Shown here: piece after piece, positions 1 to 14,084 of the stretch
Layout: every line of letters begins with the position of its first letter
Numbering within the stretch: position 1 is the first letter of the stretch
NCBI GenBank assembly: GCA_964106915.2
Contig: OZ066914.1
DNA length: 64,000 bases
Strand: one strand, 5' to 3'
Source: Podarcis gaigeae
Lineage: Eukaryota
Translations under genes and position numbers: made by a program
The notes under the pieces: generated by a model
The model's input: only the letters and a program-made list of their open reading frames with translations
What the model was told of the DNA's origin: nothing
Database searches by the model: none

Positions 1-250
1 CTCTCTCTAGGTGCTGCTTCAAATAAAGCGTGATTTTCAGTTTGGCACCATTGTTGTACCTACCCAGCCTTGTCCATGTTCTTGCCTTCTTTATCAATTT
101 AACCCAGTAACTGCTGGTCCAGCCTACATGTTGTCTGTGTTTTGTAATAAATGACCAATTCAATTACTCTAAGCTCTCATTGCCTCATGCCCCCCCTTAG
201 AGAGCCTTGTTGTTTCTAAGATGCACTGTGACTCTCAAAAGACCCTGATG

Positions 251-386
251 CAGGCATAGGCAAACTCGGCCCTCCAGATGTCTTGGGACTACAACTCCCA
301 TCATCCCTAGCTAACAGGACCAGTGGTCAGGGATGATGGGAGTTGTAGTCCCACTACATCTGGAGGGCTGAGTTTGCCTATGCCTG
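251..386. mobile_element. Palindromic hAT-type MITE (136 bp)
   Basis: Ends CAGGCATAGGCAAACT...AGTTTGCCTATGCCTG, and almost the whole element is an inverted repeat. The 8-bp flanks are ccctgatg/tcctaatg (6/8). Confidence 0.8.
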
Positions 387-3122
387 TCCTAATGCATGTA
401 GATGTGTAGCAGTGATACATAACATAGACAAGGACAAGTGGTAAGAAGTGTGTAGCAGGCAGATATGTTTTCCCAGAACCTAATTTGAAAATGAAGATTA
501 TGTTCAAATTATATTAACAAACCTGCTATAATATTTCTCCCTATTGCTTGGGAGTTATGACTGAGTTATGACTGCATTGTTTTAAACTGAACTTTATTCT
601 TGGTCATTGAGTCAAGCTTGCCATTCCTTCTTTGGCTTTTTACTGTAGTGACAGTTCTGGATTTTATCCAAATTATAGGATTGTTCTACCTATTTAAATT
701 ATCTAGATCTGACAAGATTTTTTTTCTACTGGAAAGTTCCCCACTTGGCTCAAAATAGTCTTTCAGAAGTGAGCAGTTGGTAGATGTGGATAGGAGATAT
801 ATACTAGCTAGGGTGAGGTTTTAGTTTTCATTCTTAGCAAGGTTCAAAGACTGGCTCTTGGATTTTAAAAAAATGTACCTCAAACCGTTGCACACCCCAG
901 AAATATTTGCTGAAATTAAAATCCAAGCTGAGGAAGAAGCACATGGCCAAGACAAAATACTCTGCACAGCTAGGACAGCAAAGTATCATCAGCCAGGAAT
1001 AATGAGGACTTTGGCAGCCAAATATCCAGCAAGTTGCCAGAGCTGCCAGTGCACAGGGTTCTTGGCTGTGGAAATTCATACCAGCTTCTTAATTTGATCC
1101 CATTTATTATAATGTCCCTACAATGAGTTGGCCTGGAATATAGAGGGCTGGGCAAGGAAAGCCCACCCCCTTGTGAAAAAACACACGAGATTGGCTTCTA
1201 TTCCCTCCTTGATTTTTGACCCCATGCTTTTTTGTTCTGACCCTGTTCAGTGTCACAGAATGGCATTACATTGAATAGGATTGGAATAAAGAGGTACATT
1301 AGTAAAATCAGACTGCCTTACCGCACTTGTGCCCACTCAACCGCTTTGATCGGCAGAATTGGCACTACAGCTGGTGCTGCATAATATCCATTCAGCATTT
1401 GTAGAAATTCAATCATTTACTGTGGCAGCACCTACATTTTGGAACTCGCTGCCTATTGATACCTCACTCCTCATATTTTGCATGTCCAGTGTCTTTTACT
1501 GTCCCACATAAGTAGATTACTGTTCCCATCTCTTTGGTCTGGCTTGGAAGTACTACCCCCAGACCTGAGTAATTTCTAGACTAATCCAATGAGAGTTTTG
1601 GAAAGCACACTTATCTCTACTTTGACAAATATGGTTCACATGTGCAAAAGGGTTCTGAGAACATCTTTTTAAAGGCGTATCAAGATAGTTTGTGCTGTCA
1701 ACTCTAACCTGTTTTCAAGAATGGTAGGACGAATACAGGCTAGGAATGAGAACTCTTACCAAAGGTGCTAGTACCTCAAGCATTTTTATATGCAGCAGCC
1801 TTTCTTGCACATGAATTTTGCCCTAAAATATTTCTAGCTGAACTTGCAGATTCCTGCTTGGACAAGATCAGAGGAATTCTGAGAGACACACAAAGAGGGT
1901 TTGATAAAAACGACTGATATTCCAAAAGACAGGTCAGTGCACATACATTCCTATGCGATGAATTTCTGCACCCTGAGTTTAAGCATACATTTACGTGGGG
2001 GGTGGGGAGTCTTAGAAATCGCAAAAAGCAGCAATGGTCCCTATTTTATTACTCTAAATCCACTATGTATTTGAAAAAACACAAAGTAAAGCATATGTGC
2101 ATTCCTGTATGGGGTGTGTGCCTATGTTTTATGCTGAGCAATTACTTAGCTTTTGGAATGAAGATTAATGTCCCACATAAAATACATTTATTCTATTTGT
2201 ACCTTGGCTACTTTTTTAAATAAAAGGAAAGTCATTCACAATGCAGGTGACATATTGTTATAAATAGCTGAGGATGCAAAAGTGGTTGTGCTCTACATAT
2301 ATTTCATTTCCTTGTGAGTTGCAGACCATCTATTATGGTACAAAGTCAGCTGTAAGAGTAATAGTACTTATCAGTCGTGGCTTATGAAACTTGTATAAGT
2401 ATTTTATCAGCAGAAAAGAGGAAAAGTATATAAAAATCCCCGTGAATAAAAGCTTTTTGTTTTCTGTTTAGGTTTAAGCAACTTTTAACACCACTAATTT
2501 AAATAATAGCAAGTATCTTTCATACATATTACTTTTTTTGCTCACCTCTCAGGTCTGTTCTATGCATGCCACAGACTGGGGTGGTGAAATGGACTGCACC
2601 ACTTTAGACTATAGGTAACAGGACTTGATTTTAAAATGTTTGTCTACACTGAAAGCTCCCTATAAATAGAAAGGGAAATATAGGGAGAAGGCTGCTCTAA
2701 AACCTTTCCTCCTGAAATTGTCTATTTGCAAGAATTTTTTATACTTTTTCTTAAATAAACACAATTTTAAAAACAATTTATGGTGGTCTTCATAAGTAGT
2801 ATCTCCAACCTGTAGCCTAAGTGATATAGTGTACTGCACCACCTCATTTTGATGCATGAACAATCCGAGCCATTATTAGGCAATGGCTGACATGAAAGGT
2901 GAGTGGCTAATTTGAGATTAAAGTTTCATGCATTTAAATGATGGTGTGATCTCTGAAAAAACTGAAATGTATGAACTCGGGTGAGGTACATAGGTAATAT
3001 GTGAAAGAAACAGAAACTAGTGGAGCTAAGTTAATTCTTTTTCAGCATCAAATTATTTTGAAAGAAAAATAAATCAGGAAAAGAAAAACAGTCAAAGCCT
3101 CCAGTTTCATGGAGCATCTTAC

Positions 3123-3249
3123 CAGATGGGTCAAAGGCCACTTGGTTGCCAGGATGTGGGCCTGCGTCAATTGACACCATTGGTACGCCTCTCCGAATGT
3201 CCCACAGTTTCAACACTCCGTAAGAGTCACAGGAAACAATGGTATCACC
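3123..3249 (-). CDS. SPAG16: SPAG16 coding exon (127 nt): GDTIVSCDSYGVLKLWDIRRGVPMVSIDAGPHPGNQVAFDPS(G)
   Basis: Minus strand reads tcatctttcccag|GGT GAT ACC ... CCA TCT G|gtaag and contains a KLWD motif. It is in frame with the 66-nt exon. I did not find the remaining 3' exon in this window. Confidence 0.93.
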
Positions 3250-5381
3250 CTGGGAAAGATGAGGAAAACGTTAATTCTGGAACCCAACGTTAATTGTAAT
3301 ACAAAGGAAGCCATAGTAGTAACTAACATTTTTTCATGACCCTCTCCTTTACCTTAAGGAACGGCTTTAGGAAAGGCATATCCCATATGTAATAGGAAAA
3401 ATATATTTCAGAGGAAAACCAAAAATCTGTATTTGGAGATGAAATGGGGGGGGAAATGTTATCTGCACAAAAATGTTAACTGGAGATGGATTTGGAGGCA
3501 TTTGACATAAACCAACAAGAATACATCTATATTATGTTACATTAATATTAAGATATGCAGGATTGCAGTGTACAATCTGCCTTTTGCACAAACATTTCGG
3601 CTTGCTTCTTAAGATTCTCTTTCATGACTACCATAGCTGGTTGCCCAAGGCCAAAGCAGAAAGTGAGAGGGTGGGTTCTCTCAACATTGTCTCTGTGCTT
3701 CCTCTGACTCTCTGAGAAGCTGAGAGTATTATATCTTCATAGCCTTGCCCTGCTGAATTTTAGAGGAGGTCCTTCAAACTACACCCATTCTCTTTTCTAT
3801 CCCATCTTAATACTCCCAAGTAGACCCTTGCTCCCAAGCAGGTTGTAGCCTTGGCTGGGAAATTATTTTGGTTTGCAACAATGGTAGCTTTGTGTTCCCT
3901 TAGTCCTACTGCTGCTTCCATGATTTGCCATTTGCCTTGTCCCCTCATAAATCTATTCTACAGCTTCTTTAAAACAAATGAACTTGGACATGAAACAAGG
4001 TGAAAACTTTTCAGTGAGCTAGAATAAAAGGCTACAAAATAAATAGTGTTAAAAAGGAAGAACCTTTAATGCTACATTTTGTTCTAAACAAGAAACTTGG
4101 TAATTTACTGGCTTGGCATCTTCGGGTACTGATAAGAAATGGCCTTCTGCCTCTGGCAACAGTATGGTTTTCTTCCTTCCACAAAATGTTGAAATCAGAA
4201 TCTAGCAACCTTGCTGAAGCCTTCTACATTTTCATCTCCATAAGTACTATTATTTAGTAAGGCTCACTGCCCTTCTCTCTGCTGTCTTCTATTGATGCTG
4301 TATGCCACATAGTAAAATTAGTTTTACACAACAGCATAATGGAGCACTGAAGCAGTGAGCTGTGTGATTTTCTTGTATGTTGTGGAAGAACAAAATTAAA
4401 TACAAGGCAAAAAGCTCCTGCTCAGACCCCAGTAACCTAAGAGTAATGTTCTCCAGAATTATCCTTCTTCTGGGTTACACGCTCTGCATAATAGAAATAT
4501 CAATTCTGCTATTTTATATGGTCAAAGAGCAAATAACAGATGAATCACTGAGTTGGTGAGGCAAATGTTGCAAATGTCCTCTTAGTAAAATTATCCTTTC
4601 ATTATCATTTTATTTTAAGGAATAATTAAAATAATGGCAAGCTCGACCTTTGGTCAGGTTTGTCCCTGGTAATGTAACTGGTCTGTCCAATCATAGACAG
4701 GAACTGGTTCATCTGGCATGAACTCATGGAAGCAACTACTTATTTCATCAAATGCACGAAGTAGACTGAGATAATTTAGGCATAAACCACTAATAAATAG
4801 TTCAGTAGCTGATCCATATGCAGCACAACCCTATATGTGTTTCTTACGTTCAATGGAATGTACTCCCTTAGTTAGTATATTTAAGATTCCAGCCAGGTGC
4901 ACCAGTGGAACTAAAGAACTGTTAGAAAGCTGAGCTAAATAGTACTGCATAAGGAAGGGTGAATGCTGTGACCTACCACTGTCACATCGGGGGGGGGGGG
5001 ATAAATAAAAGAAATATTGCTTCCTTCAGCATGTGTACCAAACCTAATCTGTACAGCACATAGACATCAGTTTATGTGTATGCTGTTTTTCCATAGTAAG
5101 CCATGCTCAAAGTGGCTCACAACATCAGAAAACATCATTCATTCACAATTTCAAGGCATATAAACAAAATTTAAATCGGCCAAAGTATGTCATATTAACA
5201 AATATATACTATAAACAATCCAGTAGAAATGCATACTAAGGTTAGCAACAAAAGTACAAGAACATAATGCAAGGCGCAGCATAACTAAAACATCTTGTCG
5301 AGAGCAAAATGTTGGCCCCAGCAGCAACACCTAAACAAGACCTCGTGCTAATCTTCTCCAGGCCCTTTGCAGATGAAACAA

Positions 5382-5588
5382 CAGACCCTCCAAGTGTCCC
5401 TATTATCCAGGGATGTCCCTGATTTAGAAATGCTCTCCCAGTTTCTGATTTGATCCCAGAATGCCCCACTTTCCCTTAGGATGTCCCTATTTTCATTGGA
5501 GAAATGCTGGAGGGGATGGAGTTATCTTCCCCCCAGCCATCTGAAGGCAATCCTGTATAGGGAAGTTTTTTTAAAAAGTTTAATATTT

Positions 5589-5627
<39 letters not shown>

Positions 5628-5815
5628 AATTTATATCCCCACTCTGGGCGGCTCCCAATCAAGTATTAAAAACATGTTTTTATGTTTTTTATATATGTTG
5701 GAAGCTGCCCAGAGTGGCTGGGGCAACCCAGTAAGATGTGTGGGATATAAATAGTAAAATTATTGTTATGAAATGGGACATCCCTATTTTCATGAGAGAA
5801 ATGTTGGAGGGTATG
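5382..5815. mobile_element. Non-autonomous TIR element with an internal L2-like tail and (AAC)n
   Basis: Ends CAGACCCTCCAA / TTGGAGGGTATG. An inverted, diverged copy lies at 49273-49644. No clear TSD. Confidence 0.6.
5589..5628. repeat. (AAC)n microsatellite
   Basis: Read directly from the sequence. Confidence 0.95.
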
Positions 5816-8800
5816 AAGGAGGTCTGGGCCTTGTGTTACCAGACCAGGCCGAAATGAGCCACATGATGAGCAGAAATCAGATTTGGCAAGACTCACAAGT
5901 AGATGGATACATATGAATATTATTTTTCCAGCAATCAGGTAAAGAGCTCATGAAGCACTTTTTTTGGCTGAGGCTTCCTTCCCTTGTTTCCTCCACTGCT
6001 TTTCAACTCTGGGTCAGGATCCACCTGCTCTGCCCATCACTCATTACACAATACCACAGGAAAAGGAAGGCTAAATAGGAGCTGGAAGCCTATGGAGGAG
6101 GCTCATGGAAGCTGCCAGCCAGAATCCAACCCTCTGGGAAAAGAGTCCAGCCAAATTAGAAATCCATCTGGTATACAAAACCTGTGAAGTGGAGTCACAG
6201 GGAGTGGGGCAGGCCTTTACACCACTATCATGATAATCTAATTTCTGTCAGATTGGGGAATCTAGACCAATGTGCGAGCTAATGGGTTTGCCTGTCCAAT
6301 GTGATTTTCAGATATTTCATTTCTAGCCCTTATCTTAGTAGCAAAGATGCTCCACACTATGGGCTGGAGTCAGTCACAAATAAGTTCTGTTTCAATTCAG
6401 ACTTGTAAAGTTGATAAAGTTATGGCCCATAGTTGAACCATATCCCCAGTAGACAGTCGATCCTCCGCAGACACTTCTATTTAACAAATGCTTTGGGTAA
6501 CTAGAAATCAAATTCAAAGTTTGTGCCTGTTACCTGCTTTCCGTTCCTCTGAGCAAATTTTAATTTGGAGAATTTCTAAAATTAATTTTTAATAGGTGGG
6601 TGTGTAGTTTGCCACAGATTGAAGTTAATATCTTTTTTCTCATTGCATGTTACTAATGTACACAAGCACATGCACACACTGATTGAAACCCTGTTCAAAG
6701 CTATGTCAGGGCAGTCACACAATCATAGCAGGAATCATTTTTTGCTTTGACATACATGTGTGCTAGTACACACTTGGGGTGGGGGGAGGTCATCAAATAA
6801 AAACTGTGAAAAGATGCCCACCTGCAGCAGGCACAATGGAGTCTGGAAATCAGAAACCGAAGAAAGGTGGACTTTAAAGCAGCACTGCTGAGCAATCAAT
6901 CAATAGCAAGTTATTCAGAAGACCAAAATTCAAGGAGAAACTTGGATGGAGAGAAATTTTACAAGCATTGCTCTCTTGTTGGCGTGTTTACTTCTGAAAG
7001 GTATCTCATAACCTGTCCTGTCCTCACAAAGAGTAGGAGCTTACAGGGCATGACTGACACTTCAGTGTGGCTTAACCACGGCCTTGGCTAGTGGAAAAAC
7101 TGATACCTCACATTTATGCTCTTGTTGTTTCCCTGGTTGCTTCAGCTGCAGATCCTGCAATCCACAAAGGAATGAAACAAAAGCTGCTGCTTCCTTTCAA
7201 AAACACAGCCTTGACAGCAGTCACAAGTTTTCCCTTTCATGTGTGCAAGGCAACAACCACCCTGATTGATAGGCATCTCTGTAATGAGGACATAATAGTG
7301 TGGCTGTTTATAAAATGCATGGCGCCCTTGCTGAGCCCCCTCCCCTCATAAATTTAGGTGCAGAGCAATTACTGCTCACTCATGCTACTAGGTGAATCTT
7401 ATTAGCTTCAGACAAGATAAATGAGGGCTTTGGGTATCTCTTGGCAGTGGCATGAAGAACTAAGGAAGCTGACCAGAAAGGACCAGCAGCTCATCATTCC
7501 AGCACCTGGACAAATGTGCAAGCCCTATTCCATTATTATTTGCATAAAGAGGCTGCAGGGTTGGGGCTTTAGCATACTGTATAGTTGGATATCTTCTTCT
7601 GCCTTCTCACATGTTCAGCACAGGGTTCCTGGCTTTAAATCAAGTGCAGAATCGACATAAGGAGAGTAGGGTTACCACTGCAGACATTTGCCCTGAACAC
7701 ATGGGAAGCTGGAAGGAGACCGGCAACAACAGCATGTGCATCCCCACAAGACCTCTGGACTCAGGCAGTGACTGAATAATCTTGCAGAACAAGCAACAAA
7801 TGAGCTAAGTTGAAGTGCTGAAATGCATGGATTTCTGTTTGTGAAATGCAATGTTTTTACCCTCTCCACCCTGTGTGCCCCTGAAGTCTGTTCTAGAGGT
7901 TTTCCCCAAGCCTCTGGAACAGTTTGGGGAGGAGAGGGCAGGGAAGTCCTGTCGTGCAAGTGGAGATTCTTGTTAATAAAATACTGTCCATAATTATTAG
8001 TGATTTTATCAAAACTTGTATGCCTGGGTTCAGAAACAGAGTCTCGTGACTTTGATATGTTCACCTCAAATATGAAACATGCACCACAAACTCCTGGTCA
8101 GGGTTTGATCTCATCCAGCAAATTATCTTATCAAGTTTGCAGGTCCAATTTTTATTCAGAGAACCCCACATTATATATATATTCTTACTGAAAACATGAA
8201 TGAAAATAAGAATCTTACCCTTCCCTTGAAATGTTTCTAGCACTTGAAATTGTCAAACAATGGTAGATTATTCTCTTCTTGTTTGTTTAAAATCACTCCA
8301 CATGACCCCTCCTTGCTGTGTGAAACAGAGGAAATATTTCTGCCTTTCACCAAATCAAGGACTAAGACGTTTCTTGTGGTGTTTGAAAAGAAGAGGACAT
8401 GCTAGGCTTGCAAAAGTTCTTTGCATAAATTTACATACAGAGCTCAAGATCACTGCACACCCTGCAGAGTTATTGCTATACAGAGTTGACACTGCACTTT
8501 ATACAGCAGTTTTCTTTGCTACACTTTTTTTCCCAAGGAGCTTAGTCTAATCAATTTATTTTTCTTTTTATCTATCAAAGCAGTGCCTCTCAATTGCAAA
8601 GAGTTGTGCAGTCAGATGAGGAGAGGAATGATAATTGCCAAAGCTTTCTTAAGATGGTTGTGAATTGGATGCTATCTTTACACCAAAGCCCTGATAGTGG
8701 CATTCATAAAGGACTCATGGGTGATGACATCTCAGATGGTACTCCATAAGATTCCCAAGCGTAAAAGCACCTTCAAGTGTGCTCCTAACCAACATCAGTA

Positions 8801-10032
8801 GGTGTGAATTCACAAATGCTTTTTGGACTTATTTCCCACTCCATGGTGCTAATGCTTCTCCTCCATAGGAAGTTTCAGATGATGCCACATGTGCTGAAGC
8901 AACACATGTGATGGGACTGAATGCCCTTCTGCCATCTGTGCATTTGGCTGGCATGTACAGGGGCTCTGTGTGTCTACTCATGTATTTTTTCCACACAAGG
9001 GTAGGAGATCTTTGTCCAGTCAGAGTCCCACTTTGCATGGAGATCTGTACAAGTACATCTACTTGAACACAGAAACCTTGAATATTCAGGCAGCCAGGGG
9101 TGCAGTTACTGGGCATGTTAGCAAAAGGCAGGACTAACTGATACAGCCCATACATGCTTTCTTTCAATGTGCTGAAGGGCAAGTTGAACCCTTCTCATGA
9201 GTGATAAGGTAATGGGTGGGATGCTTCTAGTAATCCTTTGAAACCCAACATGTAATATCTGTTTTCTGCAAATATCTGCTACTTAGCTCATTTTATAAAT
9301 TGACTAGCTGAAAACTTCACAAAGATTCTAGATTTGCTACTAAATCCTGTAATTATTTGAAGTTCACCCCAGATTTCTCTTGCGGGTGGCTGTCTTCTAA
9401 CAGCAGATTTATTTTGAATTAGATTTCAAATAATCCAGAGTCTGCGTCAGAAGGAAATTTATATAGGCTTAACAAGAGACTTCCAATGACTCCACTCCCA
9501 TCCCACTGTGCTTTACTGCATTTAACAAAAGTATGGCCTGATAGAGGCAGCCCAGTTAATACAAAACACATTCAAAGTGAATTTGAACTTCAGATTGATT
9601 CCAAATTGAGCAGGTACCTAGTACCTATTCACTGAGTATGCTTTAAGACAGGCAACCAGTCCACCATATCTCTAGACTCTTCTCAATGACCCACCAGGAT
9701 GCAAGAGATAATTGTGGGTGGTTTTATTTATGCTGTGAAGAATTCCAGCTTCATAACGTACTAGGATGAGCCAGGGTGGAACTAGGGCTCCTAGAACACA
9801 CAACCACCCCAAGAGTATCCAAAGCTTCCAAGAAACCTGTACACCCCTCTCTGCATAACATGTGTTGTCCCTGGAACCTCTTCTCTGGCTTCTGCAAAGA
9901 GGATCCAGTGCATACACCATCCAACAGCCTACTCTAGAGGGTTGTTGTGAGGATAAAATAAAGAGGGAGAGTACCATGACTGCAACCTTCAGCCCCTTAG
10001 AAGAAAAGGCAGGATATAAGCAAACCACCACG

Positions 10033-10170
10033 AAAGCCTTTGAGAAGCAGAGACGTGAGAGGGCATCAGAGGAGGAAGGAAAGAGGGACAGAGGCCAGTC
10101 TTGCCCACGGCAGCCCTCACCATCATTCAAGGCACCCCAGGGTGCCATGGCACACTGGTTGAAAACCACT
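10033..10170 (-). mobile_element. Truncated end of a hAT MITE (same family as 26737-27189)
   Basis: Its reverse complement matches CAGTGGTTTTCAACCAGTGTG...GGCACCC..GGGTGCCTTGAATG at 26737. Confidence 0.75.
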
Positions 10171-11579
10171 AATATAATCAATGTCTTGATCCTGAATAAA
10201 ATTTATTTAAGCAGTCCCTAGGAAGGGCTCTTTTTAATACACATTTTATTGCTTAACGCAACACCCATATTCATAATTTTGTTCTGTTACACTTTCATAC
10301 GTGAATATTTTAAATTTTTCATTTTCAAACACCTTCTGTACTAGTCTTAGTCTTGTGTTAAATAACAAGGCTGATATCTGTATTTCATTATAACCTTACT
10401 TTGTAATTACACTCTGCAAGTAATAGCATCAATCATCTAAGGAAGACCCTATTAGCCTTTCTGCATCTACAATTGTACATATTTAAAATTATTAAGTAAC
10501 CTTTGCAAATGACTGACTTTGAGTTTATGCAAAGCGCTGAATACTCTGAATACATAAATAAGAACCTCTGGTGCCTTTTCAGTTTTATATTCTATTCTCT
10601 TCTCTGCTTCTGTCTGTCAACTGCAGGCAGGCTGCCCCTTCTTTATTTTTGCCATCCGTAGAAACATTTAAAAGATCTGATTCTTGAATCGTTTGGCTCA
10701 GTAATGAATAAGAACTGACATCAAATATCAATACTATTGGCCTAGCTAAATGGTAACTGACATCAAGCTGGACTACTGAAGAGGTAAACAAAATTGAAAT
10801 TTTGTTTTGGTATAAGAACTGTCTGACATTATTTGTCCTTTGGTAAATCAATGGAAAACTGACCTGAAGTGTTTGCATTTCAGCTGGGGATTCCCCCTCC
10901 CCCATTTTTGGTTTGGGCGGTGGGGAAAAACAAAGAAAGGAGAATGGGTTTCCACAAACCGTGAGGTGTTAAGATAACTGCAAATACAAAATGTTTGAAT
11001 ATTAATAGGCAAAGTATTAAAAATATAAAGATAATTCAGCCTATTTAAAGCCCCTTGCACATCACCAATTTGGAGCTTAATCTGATGCGCAGACTGCAGA
11101 ATGTCTAAACCACTGAAATCAATGGGCTCAGGCATGCTAGGTCTGCAAGAGGTTCAAGTGCTTTAAGACTCGGCTCTTGAGCCTAAGGCCAGTTTAAATA
11201 TGAATGTAAACAACAGGAAATAGCAAAAACAATATTATGCATTATGATTGATTATTCTGTTATATATTTTTAAAATTCAATCTTAAAAAGAAAATGGTTA
11301 CAAATCTCTCGTATACTCATAGGCAAACACACTGCTCCTTGCATATCATTATGTTGATCTTATTTGCAAACCCTCCAAGTATCCCCATTTTCCAGGGACA
11401 GTTCCTAGATTTACAAGTATGTATTTTTGTTTTATAGATCCTCTTTGTTTCGTTTCAAAACTCTTATTTCTTTGCTGTGTTTCTCTGTTGCTGTATGAGA
11501 GATTTGCAATCATTCTTTTTAATGCTACTTTTTATAACAACAATAACATAGCTACTGGATTCAGTTGGAGTTAGTTTAC

Positions 11580-11970
11580 TTGAACGACTGCCTGACCCCA
11601 TATGTGCCTACTCATCTGCTTCAATCTGTGGACCTGGCACTTTTTACAAGTGCCACAAAGCCTTCACACCATACTTGCAATTGACCCTTCAGTGGGCTAC
11701 TGCTGTCTCAAGCTCTCAGTCCATTAATATTAGGCAGATTCCTTTGTTGCATTGTTTTCAACATCACTAAAAAGCATTTTGTTTAGACAAGCCTATCCAG
11801 ACATGTGCTTTTACTGCGCAATTTGTTTTGAAACTGCTGGTTTTAGCTGCATTTTGATAAAAAATTATGTCTACTTATTTTTAACATTTTATTTTATTGG
11901 CATTTTTTATGTATATTTTATAAGCAGCTTAGAGATTGTTATATAAATCTTGTTCAATGATAAATAAATG
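11580..11970 (+). mobile_element. Degraded L2-type LINE 3' fragment
   Basis: The motif aaaaagcattttgtttagacaagcctatccag is shared, in reverse, with the LINE fragment near 39780-39820. An AT-rich 3' tail follows. Confidence 0.5.
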
Positions 11971-12294
11971 AGTAAATATCATTTTAGCTATCCCTTATTA
12001 AATATTGCATACAATTAAAATGGCCTTGGTTATCTTGGATGTGATAAACTTAAAGGGCAGAGAACTGCAAACAAAGGACCCATAGTGTGCATGTATGCTG
12101 TAGATCACCTAACAAATATAGCTCTCCAAAGAAATTCAACAACCATTGGGTGCCGGGGTATTAAATGGGGTGCTCACTTCATTAAATGAGAACTCCCCTC
12201 TCTTTTTCTAGAAATAAAAAAGAGCACATACAAAGACAGATCTAATTATTGCTAGCTCAAGTCACATTTAGAATTTTTCTTCCTTCATCTAGCC

Positions 12295-12430
12295 CAGGCA
12301 TAGGCAAACTCGGCCCTCCGGATGTTTTGGGACTACAACTCCCATCACCCCTAGCTAACAGGACCAGTGGTCAGGGATGATGGGAACTGTAGTCTCAAAA
12401 CATCTGGAGGACTGAGTTTGCCTTTGCCTA
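12295..12430. mobile_element. Palindromic hAT-type MITE, second copy of the 251-386 family
   Basis: Same TIRs and a perfect 8-bp TSD, atctagcc (12287-12294 / 12431-12438). Confidence 0.88.
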
Positions 12431-13744
12431 ATCTAGCCAGTCGATATTCTACTAGTCACAGACTACACTTTCTCCAAATTACTGGGATAATATGTGACTG
12501 GCTAAGATGGGACAGAAGCTGGATATGGATGTGGATTCAGGAAAGGCAAATTAATGAAATTAGGTGACATCTGGATTTGGAAGGCTGCCCATTTGAACTT
12601 TAGTGACAGGTATTTAAGGAGCTTTTGTGGAATACAGTGGAAAGGATCGGTCCTGGTTTGGGTGGGTTGTGAAGCTGAGCCTATCAATGAAGGCCTCTGC
12701 CTGGGTCTTTCATGACATGTAAAGTCAACTGGCAGGGGAAAATGGCCTACTGGGGTTTTATTAGATGAATAAAAAGTTTCATCCTATTGTCTTCTCTAGT
12801 CCACAGAATCTGGAGAGATGCCATGTTGTCTTTGAGAATGTCTTTGGAAATTTGCTGAAGGCGCAGTATTGCATTTTTATCTGGATATCCCTACTTACTA
12901 AAAGTTTGAGCACCATGTTAACAAGGACCTTTGCAATCTGCTATTCTGGTCAGCTTCAGAGCTATTCATTCAGAACTTTTTGCAGAGTGTGTGCCTGCAC
13001 TGCACTGATCTCTCTAGGGAAATAAGCAAGGCTGTATTTTTCCTTATGTCTTACTGCTCCAGGTTTTTTTTCCATTTCCTCCAAACAACTAAAGGACTTA
13101 GATTTCACCAAGCAATAGCCATCTTGAATACTTTAAACTGCCCAAGCTCAGGTCTCCTAAAGTCATATGAATAAAACATAGGAATAATATAATTTAACTA
13201 CAAAAGCAAAGTTATCTTCTTACCATATTTCCATAATTAAAAACGGCTGTACAGATTCTGAAACTCTCCAAATTAATTTTCACCTTCATGAATGTTGAGT
13301 TAACGTTCTCAATGTTACAGTCCTACCATTCCAGAATTTTGACTGGAGCTAATTTTAACTTCAGAGAGAGCAAATAATACATCCAATTTGGATATCCAAT
13401 TTTAACAGATTGTGGGTTGTTAACTGACATGGTTTTGTAATTTTATACTCCTAAAAGGTTCTTGTTGCAAAAAGATTGACCCTTTCATAATTTGACATAT
13501 TTATCTCCCAATTAATTACCATTCATTCATCCATTCATTCAGATATACATACATACCCTAGCCCATCTCCTTAAAAATGCTTGCCTACTCCCTTCCAACT
13601 TCCTTCCTCATCACATCCAGAAATGATCCTTGCTGCTTGGCAGGTCTGAAGCACCCCCTTAAACTCTCATACATTTTTACTCAGTCTTCCTCTTAATTCT
13701 GCTTTTGCTGAAAGTATAAACTCATAAATCCAAAAAATCCATGT

Positions 13745-14084
13745 AAAGTTAAAGGTAAAGGTACCCCTGACCATTAGGTCCAGTTGCGGACGACTATGGG
13801 GTTGCGACGCTCATCGTTCTATAGGCTGAGGGAGCCGGCGTTTGTCCACAGACAGCTTCCGGGTCATGTGGCCAGCAGGACTAAGCCACTTCTGGCAAAG
13901 CCAGAGCAGCACACGGAAATGCCGTATACCTTCCCGCCGGAATGGTGCCTATTTATCTACTTGCACTTGACATGCTTTCAAACTGCTAGGTTGGCAGGTG
14001 CAGGGACTGAGCAATGGGAGCTCACCCCGTGGCGGGGATTTGAACCGCCGACCTTATGATTGGCAAGCCCAAGGCTCAGTGGTT
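13745..14084 (-). mobile_element. Sauria SINE (5'-truncated)
   Basis: Reverse complement of the copies at 24035, 26261 and 32194, with an (ACCTTT)n tail. Confidence 0.9.
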
